Origin: Hominenteromicrobium sp.
GTDB taxonomy: Bacteria; Bacillota; Clostridia; Oscillospirales; Acutalibacteraceae
DNA length: 41,009 nt
Assembly: GCA_051880755.1 (NCBI GenBank)
Contig: JBJEOO010000174.1
Coordinates: forward strand, 1-41,009
Direction: 5' to 3'
Below the pieces are notes generated by a model. The model worked only from the letters and a program-made list of their open reading frames with translations, did no database searches and was not told the DNA's origin. A program made the position numbers and the translations under genes. Shown in pieces: positions 1 through 9,064 of the stretch. Position 1 is the first letter of the stretch. Each line of letters starts with the position of its first letter.

Positions 1-1
1 C

Positions 2-1396
2 GATCTGACGCTTTTTGCGGTGCGGCGGGACAAGCTGCCGGGCGATTCCCTGCGCAAAAATGTGATCCTGCGCCTGCGTTATGCGGCGGACGCGATGCGC
101 GGCGCTTCGGAATCGGTGGATACGATTTCCAGGCAGCTGCAGGACACGGCGGCGGACGACCTGCCCGGCGTATACGGGCGCGCGGCCGAGAAGGTCTGCG
201 CGGGGTGCAGCCAGTGCGCCGTATGCTGGCGGAAGAACCGGGATGAAACGCAGAAGAGCTTTTCGCGGCTGAGCTACCCGCTCCGGGAGCACGGGCGCGT
301 GGAGCGCAGTGACTTCGACGTGCCGTTTCTGACGCGCTGCGGGCGTGCGGCGGAACTGCGCGACGCGGTGAACGGCGAGTACCGCGAGCTGCTCGCCAAA
401 GAAAGCGCGAAAATGCGCGCGGAGCAGGTGCGCGCCGTGGTGGAGGAGCATTTCCGCTCCACCTCGCAGATGCTCAGCGACATGGCGGAGGAATTTGAGC
501 AGTATCAGCACTTCGATGAGGACAGCGCGGAGCAGGTCCGCGAGGTGCTGCGCCGCCATGAGCTGATCCCGATTGAGGTCTGCTGCCGCATCGACAGGTT
601 CGGCCGCATGACAATCGAAGCAAACGTACACCGGGCGCGCGGGGTACACATCAACAAGGGCCAGCTCACGCGGGAGATTTCCTCGGCCTGCGGCCGCACG
701 TTTGCGCAGCCGAGCGTTGCGGCGGCGGGCGATGTGCTGAAGCTTCAGATGTGCCAGAAGCCGGTTTATGCGGTGCAGCGCGGCTTTGCCCAGCATGCGG
801 CCAACGGCGCTTCACTCTGCGGCGACTGCGCGGCGGCGTTCACGGACGGCAGCGGGCGGTATTTCGCAGTGCTCAGCGACGGTATGGGCACCGGCGGCCG
901 CGCGGCGGTGGACGGCACGATGACCGCCTCCATGGCGCAGTCGCTTCTGAAAGCGGGCATCGGCTTTGAAAGCACGCTGCGCATGATCAATTCCGCCATG
1001 CTCGCAAAGGGCGGTGAGGAATCCCTTGCGACACTCGACGTTGCCTGCATCGATCTGTTTACCGGGCAGACACAGCTCCGGAAGGCCGGCGCGGCCGGCA
1101 CGGTGCTGCGCCGCAGAAACCGCGCGGAGTACCTTGAGGCGAAAAGCGTGCCGGTGGGCATCATGCCGGAAATCCGGTTTGCGCGCAGTGAAAAAACGCT
1201 CGATTCCGGCGATATGCTCGTGATGGTATCGGACGGCGCAACCGCCGCCGGCACGGAATGGCTCTGCGACCTTGTCGGCAATTATGCGGAGGATGACGCG
1301 CAGGCGCTTGCCGAGCAGATTGTGGACCGCGCCGTAAAAGACCGTGCCGACGGCCGGGAGGATGACGTGAGTGCCGTGGTTCTGCTGGTGCAGTAG
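2..1396 (+). CDS. spoIIE: Stage II sporulation protein E, PP2C-type phosphatase (5'-truncated by window edge)
   Basis: Frame open from base 2. Cys-rich CAGCSQC..CW segment, then PP2C motifs CGD, LSDGMGTG, TLD, VSDG and DDVS typical of SpoIIE. Confidence 0.85.
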   Translation, partial: DLTLFAVRRDKLPGDSLRKNVILRLRYAADAMRGASESVDTISRQLQDTAADDLPGVYGRAAEKVCAGCSQCAVCWRKNRDETQKSFSRLSYPLREHGRVERSDFDVPFLTRCGRAAELRDAVNGEYRELLAKESAKMRAEQVRAVVEEHFRSTSQMLSDMAEEFEQYQHFDEDSAEQVREVLRRHELIPIEVCCRIDRFGRMTIEANVHRARGVHINKGQLTREISSACGRTFAQPSVAAAGDVLKLQMCQKPVYAVQRGFAQHAANGASLCGDCAAAFTDGSGRYFAVLSDGMGTGGRAAVDGTMTASMAQSLLKAGIGFESTLRMINSAMLAKGGEESLATLDVACIDLFTGQTQLRKAGAAGTVLRRRNRAEYLEAKSVPVGIMPEIRFARSEKTLDSGDMLVMVSDGATAAGTEWLCDLVGNYAEDDAQALAEQIVDRAVKDRADGREDDVSAVVLLVQ

Positions 1397-1450
1397 CGGC
1401 GTATGTCGCGGTTGGAAAAATCCCGTGGGATTCTCTGTGCATTCTGTCGA

Positions 1451-1479
1451 TTGCGTTTCACGTCTTTTTGTGGTATGAT
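1451..1479 (+). promoter_or_regulatory. Sigma-A-type promoter for malQ
   Basis: TTGCGT-17 bp-TATGAT with extended -10 TG. Confidence 0.55.
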
Positions 1480-1545
1480 TGTACAAGTTTAATCGGAATA
1501 TTCACCGGAAATTTGAGTAAACCATCAAAAGAAAGGGGCAATCCC

Positions 1546-3060
1546 ATGAATAAGCGGGCAAGCGGCGTGCTGATGCATGTTTCCTCTCTGCCGGGTGCGT
1601 ACGGCATCGGGTGCTTCGGCAAAGAAGCGCGGCAGTTTATCGATTTTCTCAGCGAGACGGGCTGTACCTACTGGCAGGTGCTGCCGTTTACGCCGACAGA
1701 CGCGTACAATTCGCCGTACGCGAGCATTTCGGCATTTGCGGGCAACCGCAATTTTATCGACCTTGAGCAGCTGCGCGACGAGGGACTTCTGACGGATGCG
1801 GAGCTGCGCGACCAGATGTACGCGAATCCGTATTCCGCGGCCTTTGAATTTCTGGAGCTGCGGCGCATTCCGGTGCTGTACCGGGCGTTCACGCGCACGG
1901 ACGAAGCGTACCGCGACAAGGTACGCGCGTTCGCCAAAGAAAACGCGCGCTGGCTGCCGGATTACGCGCTGTATATCATCCTGAAGGAAGCGAACCTCGG
2001 CGCGGAATGGTACGACTGGGCGGATGAAGGGCTGAAATTCCACCGTCCCGAGGCCGTCGCCGCCGCGATGGAGGAGCACGCCGAGACGATTCTCTTCATG
2101 GAGTTCATCCAGTACACGTTCTTCGAGCAGTGGAAGAAGATCAAGGCCTATGCCAACGAGAAGGGCATAGAGATTATCGGCGACCTGCCGATGTATGTGG
2201 CGCGCAACAGCGCCGACGTGTGGGCGAACCGCCACCTTTTCGACCTCTCGGAGGACGGCGAGCCGAAGAATGTCGCGGGCGTGCCGCCGGATTATTTCAG
2301 CGAGTTCGGCCAGAAGTGGGGCAACCCGCTCTACAACTGGGACGCCATGAAGGCGGACGGCTACCGCTGGTGGCTGGACCGGCTCGGCGCGTGCTTCAAG
2401 CTGTTCGACGCCGTGCGCATCGACCACTTCCGCGCGTTCTCCGCGTACTGGGCGGTGCCCGCCGAGGCGGAAACGGCGAAGGAGGGCAAGTGGATTGACG
2501 GCCCGAAAATGGACTTCTTCGATGCCATCAACCGCGAATTTGAGAACCCGAAAATCATCGCGGAGGATCTCGGCATCATCGACGAGGGCGTAATCGACCT
2601 GCTGAAGCAGACCGGTCTGCCGTGCATGCGCGTGATGCAGTTCGGCTTCATGGAGCAGCAGGACAATATGCACCTGCCGCACAACTTCCCGAAAAACTGC
2701 GTGGCATACACCGGCACGCACGACAACAACACCGTGCTCGGCTGGCTGTGGGAGGCGCTCCCGCACGAGCGTGCGCACGCGCTCGAATACTGCGGCTTCC
2801 CCGGCGGCGACTGGGCAGTCGGCGGTAGCCAGAGCGCTTCGTGCCGCGCGATGATCCGCGCGCTGTGGCAAAGCCCGGCGAATACGGTCATCGTCCCGGT
2901 GCAGGACCTCTGCGGCTTCGGCAAGGACACGAAGATGAACGTCCCCGGCGTGCCGAACGGCAACTGGGCGTTCCGCCTCTCCGAGGACCAGATGAACGGT
3001 ATCGACAAGGATTGGCTCAAAAAGCTGAACGACATTTACTACCGCGCGGCGCGCAAATAA
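1546..3060 (+). CDS. malQ: 4-alpha-glucanotransferase (amylomaltase, GH77)
   Basis: RBS GAAAGGGG before ATG 1546. Motifs RASGVLMHVSSLPG, WQVLP, GVPPDYFS..GQKWGNP, RIDHFR, IAEDLG, YTGTHDNNT. Confidence 0.95.
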   Translation: MNKRASGVLMHVSSLPGAYGIGCFGKEARQFIDFLSETGCTYWQVLPFTPTDAYNSPYASISAFAGNRNFIDLEQLRDEGLLTDAELRDQMYANPYSAAFEFLELRRIPVLYRAFTRTDEAYRDKVRAFAKENARWLPDYALYIILKEANLGAEWYDWADEGLKFHRPEAVAAAMEEHAETILFMEFIQYTFFEQWKKIKAYANEKGIEIIGDLPMYVARNSADVWANRHLFDLSEDGEPKNVAGVPPDYFSEFGQKWGNPLYNWDAMKADGYRWWLDRLGACFKLFDAVRIDHFRAFSAYWAVPAEAETAKEGKWIDGPKMDFFDAINREFENPKIIAEDLGIIDEGVIDLLKQTGLPCMRVMQFGFMEQQDNMHLPHNFPKNCVAYTGTHDNNTVLGWLWEALPHERAHALEYCGFPGGDWAVGGSQSASCRAMIRALWQSPANTVIVPVQDLCGFGKDTKMNVPGVPNGNWAFRLSEDQMNGIDKDWLKKLNDIYYRAARK

Positions 3061-3075
3061 ACGACAGAGAAATCA

Positions 3076-3108
3076 AAAAACAGCGGGGCTGCGCGCTCCG
3101 CTGTTTTT
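3076..3108. terminator. Bidirectional intrinsic terminator
   Basis: AAAAACAGCGG...CCGCTGTTTTT between convergent malQ and radical SAM genes. Confidence 0.8.
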
Positions 3109-3120
3109 GTATCATTCGGC

Positions 3121-3726
3121 CTATTTTTCAATGTATTCGCGCACGCGGAATTTCGCGCCGAGACCTTCGCAGATGGTGCGGCAGGTTTCGATGTCCTCGG
3201 CGGGCATCGTGCTGACGACGGTCATCACGACGTGCGGGACGACCTTGACCGCCTCCGCTGTGAAGTGCAGCATCGCGTCGAACGCGGCGGGACCGTACTT
3301 CGAGTGGCAGACCGCATCGTATTTCTCGGCGGTCGGCGCGTTCAGGCTGATCGACACAATGTCCATGCGGCCTTCAAGCTCCGGCGCGGCGTTTCGGCCG
3401 GTGATGCAGTCCGCAAGACCGTTCGTGTTGACGCGCAGCGTGTAATTGCCCATGGCTTTCAGCGCGTCGGCCAGCCAGAGCATATCATCCCAGCGGCAGG
3501 CCGGCTCGCCGTAGCCGCAGAAAACGATCTCCGCGTATTTGGAAAGGTCGCGCATCTTGAGGTCGGCGAGGATTTGCTCCTTTGTCGGCTCCGCGCCCTC
3601 GTACCAGAGGTTATCCGCATACAGGCTGCCGCTGCTGTTTTGGCGCAGGCAGAAATCGCACGCGTTCGGGCATTGGTTGGTGACATTGATATAGAGATTG
3701 CCGCCGTATTCATACGTCATGGTCAT
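3121..3726 (-). CDS. TatD-associated radical SAM protein
   Basis: LYINVTNQCPNACDFC (CxxxCxxC), VFCGYGEP, NTNG. Lies directly downstream of tatD. Confidence 0.85.
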   Translation of the reverse strand: MTMTYEYGGNLYINVTNQCPNACDFCLRQNSSGSLYADNLWYEGAEPTKEQILADLKMRDLSKYAEIVFCGYGEPACRWDDMLWLADALKAMGNYTLRVNTNGLADCITGRNAAPELEGRMDIVSISLNAPTAEKYDAVCHSKYGPAAFDAMLHFTAEAVKVVPHVVMTVVSTMPAEDIETCRTICEGLGAKFRVREYIEK

Positions 3727-3741
3727 GGAAAAGCGCTCCTT

Positions 3742-4533
3742 TCAGGACGGCTGTTTTTCGAGTATTTCGGGCGGGAGGCCGAAGAGGCGGCAGGCGTTTT
3801 CACACCCGGCGCGCAGCACCTCCTGCGCCGTGATGCCGCGCACCTCGGCGATTTTCGCGGCATCGTAGGGGATCATGGTGCTGTCGCAGCGCTTGCCGCG
3901 GAACGGCACCGGGGACATATAGGGCGCGTCCGTCTCGGTGAGCAGGCGGTCGAGCGGGATGGACTTCGCGACCTCCAGACTGTGGCGCGCGTTCTTAAAC
4001 GTAACCACGCCGCCCAGCCCGATATACAGCCCGAGCGAAACCGTCTCGCGCGCAAGCTCCGCACTGCCCGAAAAGCAGTGCACAGCGCCCTTCGGCCTGT
4101 ATTTCCGGAGGATGTCCATCATGTCGCCGTGCGCCTCGCGGTCGTGGATTACAACGGGCATGTTGTGCTTTTCGGCAAGCTCGAGCTGCCGGATAAAGAC
4201 CTCCTGCTGCTTTTCGCGCGGGCAAAGCTCCTCCCAATGGTAGTCCAGCCCGATTTCGCCGACGGCGACAATCTTCGGGTGGGAAAGCAGCGCTTCAATG
4301 TCGGAGAGCCACGTTTCGGGCAGGTCGGCCGCGCACTCCGGATGGATGCCGACCGCGCCGTAGATATAGTCGTACTGCTCGCACAGGGCAATCGTTTTCG
4401 AGAGGCTCGCGTAGTCCGACGACATGTTGACGACGGCAACGACGCCTTTTTGCGGCAGGACGGAGCCGAGCAGCCCGGCGCGGTCTGCGTCGAACTGCTC
4501 GTCGTCGTAATGGGCATGAGAATCAAAAATCAT
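3742..4533 (-). CDS. tatD: TatD-family nuclease/hydrolase
   Basis: DSHAH, GIHP, GEIGLDY, IHDREA, HCFSG and ETDAPY motifs; metG-tatD synteny. Confidence 0.93.
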   Translation of the reverse strand: MIFDSHAHYDDEQFDADRAGLLGSVLPQKGVVAVVNMSSDYASLSKTIALCEQYDYIYGAVGIHPECAADLPETWLSDIEALLSHPKIVAVGEIGLDYHWEELCPREKQQEVFIRQLELAEKHNMPVVIHDREAHGDMMDILRKYRPKGAVHCFSGSAELARETVSLGLYIGLGGVVTFKNARHSLEVAKSIPLDRLLTETDAPYMSPVPFRGKRCDSTMIPYDAAKIAEVRGITAQEVLRAGCENACRLFGLPPEILEKQPS

Positions 4534-4545
4534 GACGTGCCCTCA

Positions 4546-6504
4546 TCAGCGGATTTTGGATCCTGCCGGGATGTCGTCCACGAAGATCACGCAGACGTCG
4601 TCCTCGCCGACGTCTGCCGCGAGAATCATGCCCTGGCTCTCCACGCCGCAGAGCACGGCGGGCTTCAGGTTCGAGACGATTACAACATGGCGGCCTTTGA
4701 GATCCTCGGGCTTATACCACTTCGCGATGCCGGAAGCGACCGTGCGCGTGCCGGCGCCGTCGTTCAGCGTGAGCTTTAAGAGCTTCTTCGCGCGCTTGAT
4801 CGGCTCGCAGTCGAGCACCTCCGCAACGCGCAGCTCCACCTTCGCAAAATCGTCGATGCCGATCTGCGCGACGCCGGGGATTTCTTTCTTTTCCGCTGCC
4901 GGCTTTTCCTCGGCGGGCTTGGGTGCGTGCTTTGCTTCAACCGCCGCGATTTTCTCCGCCATCTCCTTCGCGTCGATGCGCGCAAAGAGAATTTCCGGCT
5001 TCTCTGTAACCTTGCCGCCGTCCGGATAGAGGCCGAAACGGTCAAGGTCGGAAAGCTCGCGCGCCGAGGTGCCGAGCTGCGCGAAGATCTTCTCCGCCGT
5101 ACCGGGCATAAACGGAATCAGAAGCGTCGTGCCGATGCAGATGCTTTCCACAAGATTGTAAAGCACGGTGGAAAGACGGTCGGCCTTCGCCTCGTCCTTC
5201 GCGAGCGCCCACGGCATCGTTTCGTCGATGTATTTGTTGCAGCGCTTGAAAAGCGTGAAGATTTCGGAAATCGCGTCCGCCACGCGGAGCTGATCCATCT
5301 TGGCCTCAACCTTTGCCTTTGTGCCGAGCACAACGGCTTTGAGATCCGCATCCACATCCTCCGCGGCGCCCTTGTCGGCAACAACGCCGCCGAAGTATTT
5401 GTTGCTCATGGAGATTGTGCGGTTCACGAGGTTGCCGAGCGTGTTTGCAAGGTCGGAATTCGTGCGCTCAATCATCAGGTCCCAGGTAATCGTGCCGTCG
5501 GATTCAAACGGCATCTCGTGCAGAACGAAATAACGGACGGCGTCCACGCCGAACAGCTCGACGAGATCCTCCGCGTAAATCACGTTGCCCTTCGATTTGC
5601 TCATCTTGCCGCCGTTCATCAGAAGCCACGGATGACCGAATACCTGCTTCGGGAGCGGCAGACCGAGCGCCATGAGGAAGATCGGCCAGTAAATCGTGTG
5701 GAAACGGATGATGTCCTTGCCGATCAGGTGCAGGTCGGCCGGCCAGTCGCGCTTGAACTGCTCGGTGTGCTCGCCGTCGCAGTCGTAGCCGATGCCGGTG
5801 ATGTAGTTCGTCAGCGCGTCGAGCCAGACATAGACGACATGCTTATCGTCAAAATCAACCGGAATGCCCCACTTGAAAGAGGTTCTCGAGACGCAGAGAT
5901 CCTGCAGGCCGGGCAGCAGGAAATTGTTCATCATCTCGTTCTTGCGCTGAACCGGCTGGATAAACTCCGGATGTGTGTTGATATGGTCGATCAGGCGGTC
6001 GGCATATTTGCTCATTTTGAAGAAATAGGCCTCTTCCTTCGCGGGCTTGACCTCGCCGCCGCAGTCGGGGCATTTGCCGTCCACAAGCTGAGACTCCGTG
6101 AAGAAGGACTCGCACGGCGTGCAGTACATGCCCTCGTAGTGGCCCTTGTAGATATCGCCCTGCTCATAGAGCTTTTTGAAGATTTTCTGCACCTGCTTTT
6201 CATGGTAATCGTCCGTGGTGCGGATGAATTTGTCATAAGAGGTGTTCATGACGTCCCAGTTGGACTTGACAACCGCCGCGACACGGTCGACATATTCCTT
6301 CGGCGAGATGCCGGCGGCCTTGGCTTTTTCCTCAATCTTCTGGCCGTGCTCGTCGGTGCCGGTCTGGAAAAAGACGTCGTAGCCCTGCTGGCGCTTGAAG
6401 CGCGCGATGCTGTCGGCCAGAACGATCTCGTATGTGTTGCCGATGTGCGGGCGGCTCGAGGTGTAGGCGATCGCCGTTGTGATGTAATATTTGGGTTTAC
6501 ACAT
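4546..6504 (-). CDS. metG: Methionine--tRNA ligase with C-terminal tRNA-binding domain
   Basis: YYITTAIAY, HIGN, GTDEHGQK, Zn knuckle CTPC..CPDC, KMSKS, C-terminal OB fold (ESQGMIL). Start placed at MCKPK after RBS AAAAGGA. Confidence 0.96.
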   Translation of the reverse strand: MCKPKYYITTAIAYTSSRPHIGNTYEIVLADSIARFKRQQGYDVFFQTGTDEHGQKIEEKAKAAGISPKEYVDRVAAVVKSNWDVMNTSYDKFIRTTDDYHEKQVQKIFKKLYEQGDIYKGHYEGMYCTPCESFFTESQLVDGKCPDCGGEVKPAKEEAYFFKMSKYADRLIDHINTHPEFIQPVQRKNEMMNNFLLPGLQDLCVSRTSFKWGIPVDFDDKHVVYVWLDALTNYITGIGYDCDGEHTEQFKRDWPADLHLIGKDIIRFHTIYWPIFLMALGLPLPKQVFGHPWLLMNGGKMSKSKGNVIYAEDLVELFGVDAVRYFVLHEMPFESDGTITWDLMIERTNSDLANTLGNLVNRTISMSNKYFGGVVADKGAAEDVDADLKAVVLGTKAKVEAKMDQLRVADAISEIFTLFKRCNKYIDETMPWALAKDEAKADRLSTVLYNLVESICIGTTLLIPFMPGTAEKIFAQLGTSARELSDLDRFGLYPDGGKVTEKPEILFARIDAKEMAEKIAAVEAKHAPKPAEEKPAAEKKEIPGVAQIGIDDFAKVELRVAEVLDCEPIKRAKKLLKLTLNDGAGTRTVASGIAKWYKPEDLKGRHVVIVSNLKPAVLCGVESQGMILAADVGEDDVCVIFVDDIPAGSKIR

Positions 6505-6545
6505 GGTTGGATCCATCCTTTTATAGATTTCGTGATCTTGATTTT

Positions 6546-6647
6546 TCAGGAAAATATAACGCCCAGGAGTACAGATAAGATCATCATCCCCGCAAGAAGA
6601 AGTGCGGTGGTGCGGATAAAGAGCTTGCGTCTGCGTTCTTTTTGCAT
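6546..6647 (-). CDS. 33-aa single-pass membrane microprotein (Prli42/DUF4044-like architecture), absent from the ORF track
   Basis: Strong RBS GAGGAGGG, then MQKERRRKLFIRTTALLLAGMMILSVLLGVIFS*: basic N-terminus plus one hydrophobic helix. Confidence 0.7.
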   Translation of the reverse strand: MQKERRRKLFIRTTALLLAGMMILSVLLGVIFS

Positions 6648-6687
6648 GGAAGTATCCCTCCTCTTCCGAATGGTAAAAGTACATTAT

Positions 6688-6716
6688 ATTTTACCATTCT
6701 TTTTTTGGTCTGTAAA
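6688..6716 (-). promoter_or_regulatory. Sigma-A promoter for the microprotein-metG-tatD operon
   Basis: Minus strand TTTACA-17 bp-TAAAAT with extended TG. Overlaps the inverted repeat GAATGGTAAAA/TTTTACCATTC (6668-6699). Confidence 0.55.
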
Positions 6717-6724
6717 GCCGCAGA

Positions 6725-6753
6725 TTGACTTTATTTCGCCGCGGCGGTACAAT
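6725..6753 (+). promoter_or_regulatory. Sigma-A promoter for pdxK (divergent from metG promoter)
   Basis: TTGACT-17 bp-TACAAT. Confidence 0.65.
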
Positions 6754-6785
6754 TATTTCAGTTTATCGGAAGGAGAATTGAACAG

Positions 6786-7664
6786 ATGGAAAAACATATT
6801 CCGGAGAACCGGCGCGTTGCCGCAATCCACGACCTTTCCGGCGCGGGAAAATGCTCGCTGACGGTTGCGCTGCCGGTGCTTTCCGCGCTCGGCTGCGAGG
6901 TATCCGTGCTGCCCACGGCGGTGCTTTCCACCCATACGGGCGGCTTCAAATCGCCGGTTTACCGCGACCTGACCGAGGACATGATGCCCACGGCACAGCA
7001 CTGGAAGCGGGAAGGCGCATGCTTTGACGCGCTGTATTCCGGGTTTCTCGGCAGCGCGGCGCAGATCGGGATCGTGCGGGAAATCTTCGGTCTGTTCCGC
7101 AGCGTGAATCCGGAAGCGAAAATTCTGGTTGACCCGGTGATGGGCGATGCCGGCCGGCTGTATTCCACATATACGGAAGCGATGGCGGACGGCATGACGC
7201 GCCTGTGTGAAAAGGCCGATATTATCGTGCCGAACATGACGGAGGCTTACCATCTTCTGGGTGAAGCATACCGGGAGGGACCGTATGACGAGGCGGAAAT
7301 CGGGCGGATGCTGCGGGGCCTTTGTGCGCTGGGGCCGGAAACCGTCGTGATGACCGGCGTATACTTTGATGAAAAGCAGGTCGGCGCGGCGTGCTGTGAC
7401 CGTGCGGCGGATACGGTTCATTTTTATCTCAGCGACCGTCTGCCGGGCTTTTTTCACGGCACGGGCGATGTGTTCGCGTCGTCCATGCTCGGCGCGCTGC
7501 TCTGCGGTCTTCCGGTCGGCGATGCGTGCGGCTGCGCGGTGCGGTACACGGCAAAATGCATCGAAGCGACGGTGCAGGCCGGCCAGACCGATACCCGCTG
7601 GGGCGTGAAATTTGAAAAGTGTCTGCCTTTTTTGATGAAGGATGTGTTTTCTCTTGCAAAATAA
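6786..7664 (+). CDS. pdxK: Pyridoxal/pyridoxamine kinase (ribokinase fold)
   Basis: IHDLSGAGKCSL, LPTAVLSTHTGG, YSGFLGS, VDPVMGD, PNMTEA, HGTGDVF; RBS GAAGGAG. Confidence 0.88.
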   Translation: MEKHIPENRRVAAIHDLSGAGKCSLTVALPVLSALGCEVSVLPTAVLSTHTGGFKSPVYRDLTEDMMPTAQHWKREGACFDALYSGFLGSAAQIGIVREIFGLFRSVNPEAKILVDPVMGDAGRLYSTYTEAMADGMTRLCEKADIIVPNMTEAYHLLGEAYREGPYDEAEIGRMLRGLCALGPETVVMTGVYFDEKQVGAACCDRAADTVHFYLSDRLPGFFHGTGDVFASSMLGALLCGLPVGDACGCAVRYTAKCIEATVQAGQTDTRWGVKFEKCLPFLMKDVFSLAK

Positions 7665-7682
7665 ACAAAAATCCTGTATGAT
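7654..7682 (+). promoter_or_regulatory. Sigma-A promoter for the paaK-ior operon, overlapping the end of pdxK
   Basis: TTGCAA-17 bp-TATGAT. Confidence 0.55.
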
Positions 7683-7740
7683 AGAAGCGAAGATTTCGCG
7701 CTTTCGCAGGTGAAAGCGATTGGGGGAGGAAAGGAAACTC

Positions 7741-9060
7741 ATGTTTTTCCAGAAAGACATTGAGACCATGAAGCGTGCGGACCTCGATGCGCTGCAGCTT
7801 GAGCGCCTGCGCCGCATGGTCGATTATTGCTATAATAATGTCCCGTTTTACCATGAACGGCTGACGGCGGCGGGCATAACCTCCGGCGATAAGATCAAAA
7901 CGCTCTCGGATATTCAGTACATACCGATGACGACCAAGGACGATATCCGCGACCATTACCCGTTCGGCATGCTGGCGCGGCCGATGAAGGATATCGTGCG
8001 GATTCATGCATCAAGCGGTACGACGGGCAAGCCGACCGTCGGCGTTTATACGCAGAACGACCTCGATAACTGGTCGGACAACGTGGCGCGTCTGTGTGCC
8101 GCGGCGGGCGTGACGGATGAAGACATCGTGCAGATTTCCTTCGGCTACGGCCTGTTTACCGGCGCGCTCGGCCTGCACTACGGCCTTGAAAAGCTCGGCG
8201 CGACGGTTATTCCGGCTTCTTCGGGCAACAGCGAAAAGCAGCTGATGATGCTGCGTGATTTCGGCGTGACCGGCCTTGTAGCGACGCCGTCGTATGCGAT
8301 TTATCTCAGCGAGATGGTGCGCGAGGGCGAATACCCGCTTTCCGCCTACAAGCTGCGCCACGGCATTCTCGGCAGCGAGGGCTGCACGGCGGAGATGCGC
8401 GAGCGTATTGAGCAGAATTTCGGCATCAATGTCACCGATAACTACGGCATGACGGAGCTGGGCGGCCCGGGTGTTTCCGGCGAGTGCGAATACCGCTGCG
8501 GCCTGCACTTCGCGGAGGACGCGTTCCTGCCGGAGATTATCGATCCCGACACGCTCGAGCGGAAGGCGCCGGGCGAAGCGGGCGAGCTGGTGGTCACAAC
8601 GCTGCTGCGCGAGGGCTTCCCGGTGCTGCGCTACCGAACCAAGGACATCACACGGCTGAACTACGAGCCGTGCCGGTGCGGCCGCACGCATGTGCGTATG
8701 GATAAGGTCATGGGCCGTACGGATGATATGCTGATTATCAAGGGCGTCAACGTGTTCCCGTCCCAGATTGAGAGCGTGCTCGTCGGCACGAAGGGCATTT
8801 CGGAGAAAATCGGCCCGCATTATCAGCTTGTGGTGCGCCGTAAGAATTATATGGATAATCTTGAGGTCAAGGTGGAGCTGATCGATGCTTCCCTGCTCGA
8901 CCGCTACCGTGAGCTGGAAGCGCTTCAGCGCGCAATCCACGACAAGCTCAAGAGCGTGCTCGGGCTTGAAACCAAGGTCACGCTGACGGAGCCGAAAACA
9001 CTCGAACGGTTCCAGGGCAAGGCGAAGCGTGTGCTGGATCTCAGAAATATGGAGGATTGA
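7741..9060 (+). CDS. paaK: Phenylacetate--CoA ligase family protein, copy 1
   Basis: [13 protein letters not shown]-loop, [38 protein letters not shown]; ATG 7741 after GGAAAGGA. Confidence 0.9.
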   Translation: MFFQKDIETMKRADLDALQLERLRRMVDYCYNNVPFYHERLTAAGITSGDKIKTLSDIQYIPMTTKDDIRDHYPFGMLARPMKDIVRIHASSGTTGKPTVGVYTQNDLDNWSDNVARLCAAAGVTDEDIVQISFGYGLFTGALGLHYGLEKLGATVIPASSGNSEKQLMMLRDFGVTGLVATPSYAIYLSEMVREGEYPLSAYKLRHGILGSEGCTAEMRERIEQNFGINVTDNYGMTELGGPGVSGECEYRCGLHFAEDAFLPEIIDPDTLERKAPGEAGELVVTTLLREGFPVLRYRTKDITRLNYEPCRCGRTHVRMDKVMGRTDDMLIIKGVNVFPSQIESVLVGTKGISEKIGPHYQLVVRRKNYMDNLEVKVELIDASLLDRYRELEALQRAIHDKLKSVLGLETKVTLTEPKTLERFQGKAKRVLDLRNMED

Positions 9061-9064
9061 AACC

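Noticed and set aside
6505-6700. T-box or SAM riboswitch upstream of metG
   Set aside because: No T-box (AAGGTGGnACC-like) or S-box core seen on the minus strand; the space holds a small ORF with a strong RBS.
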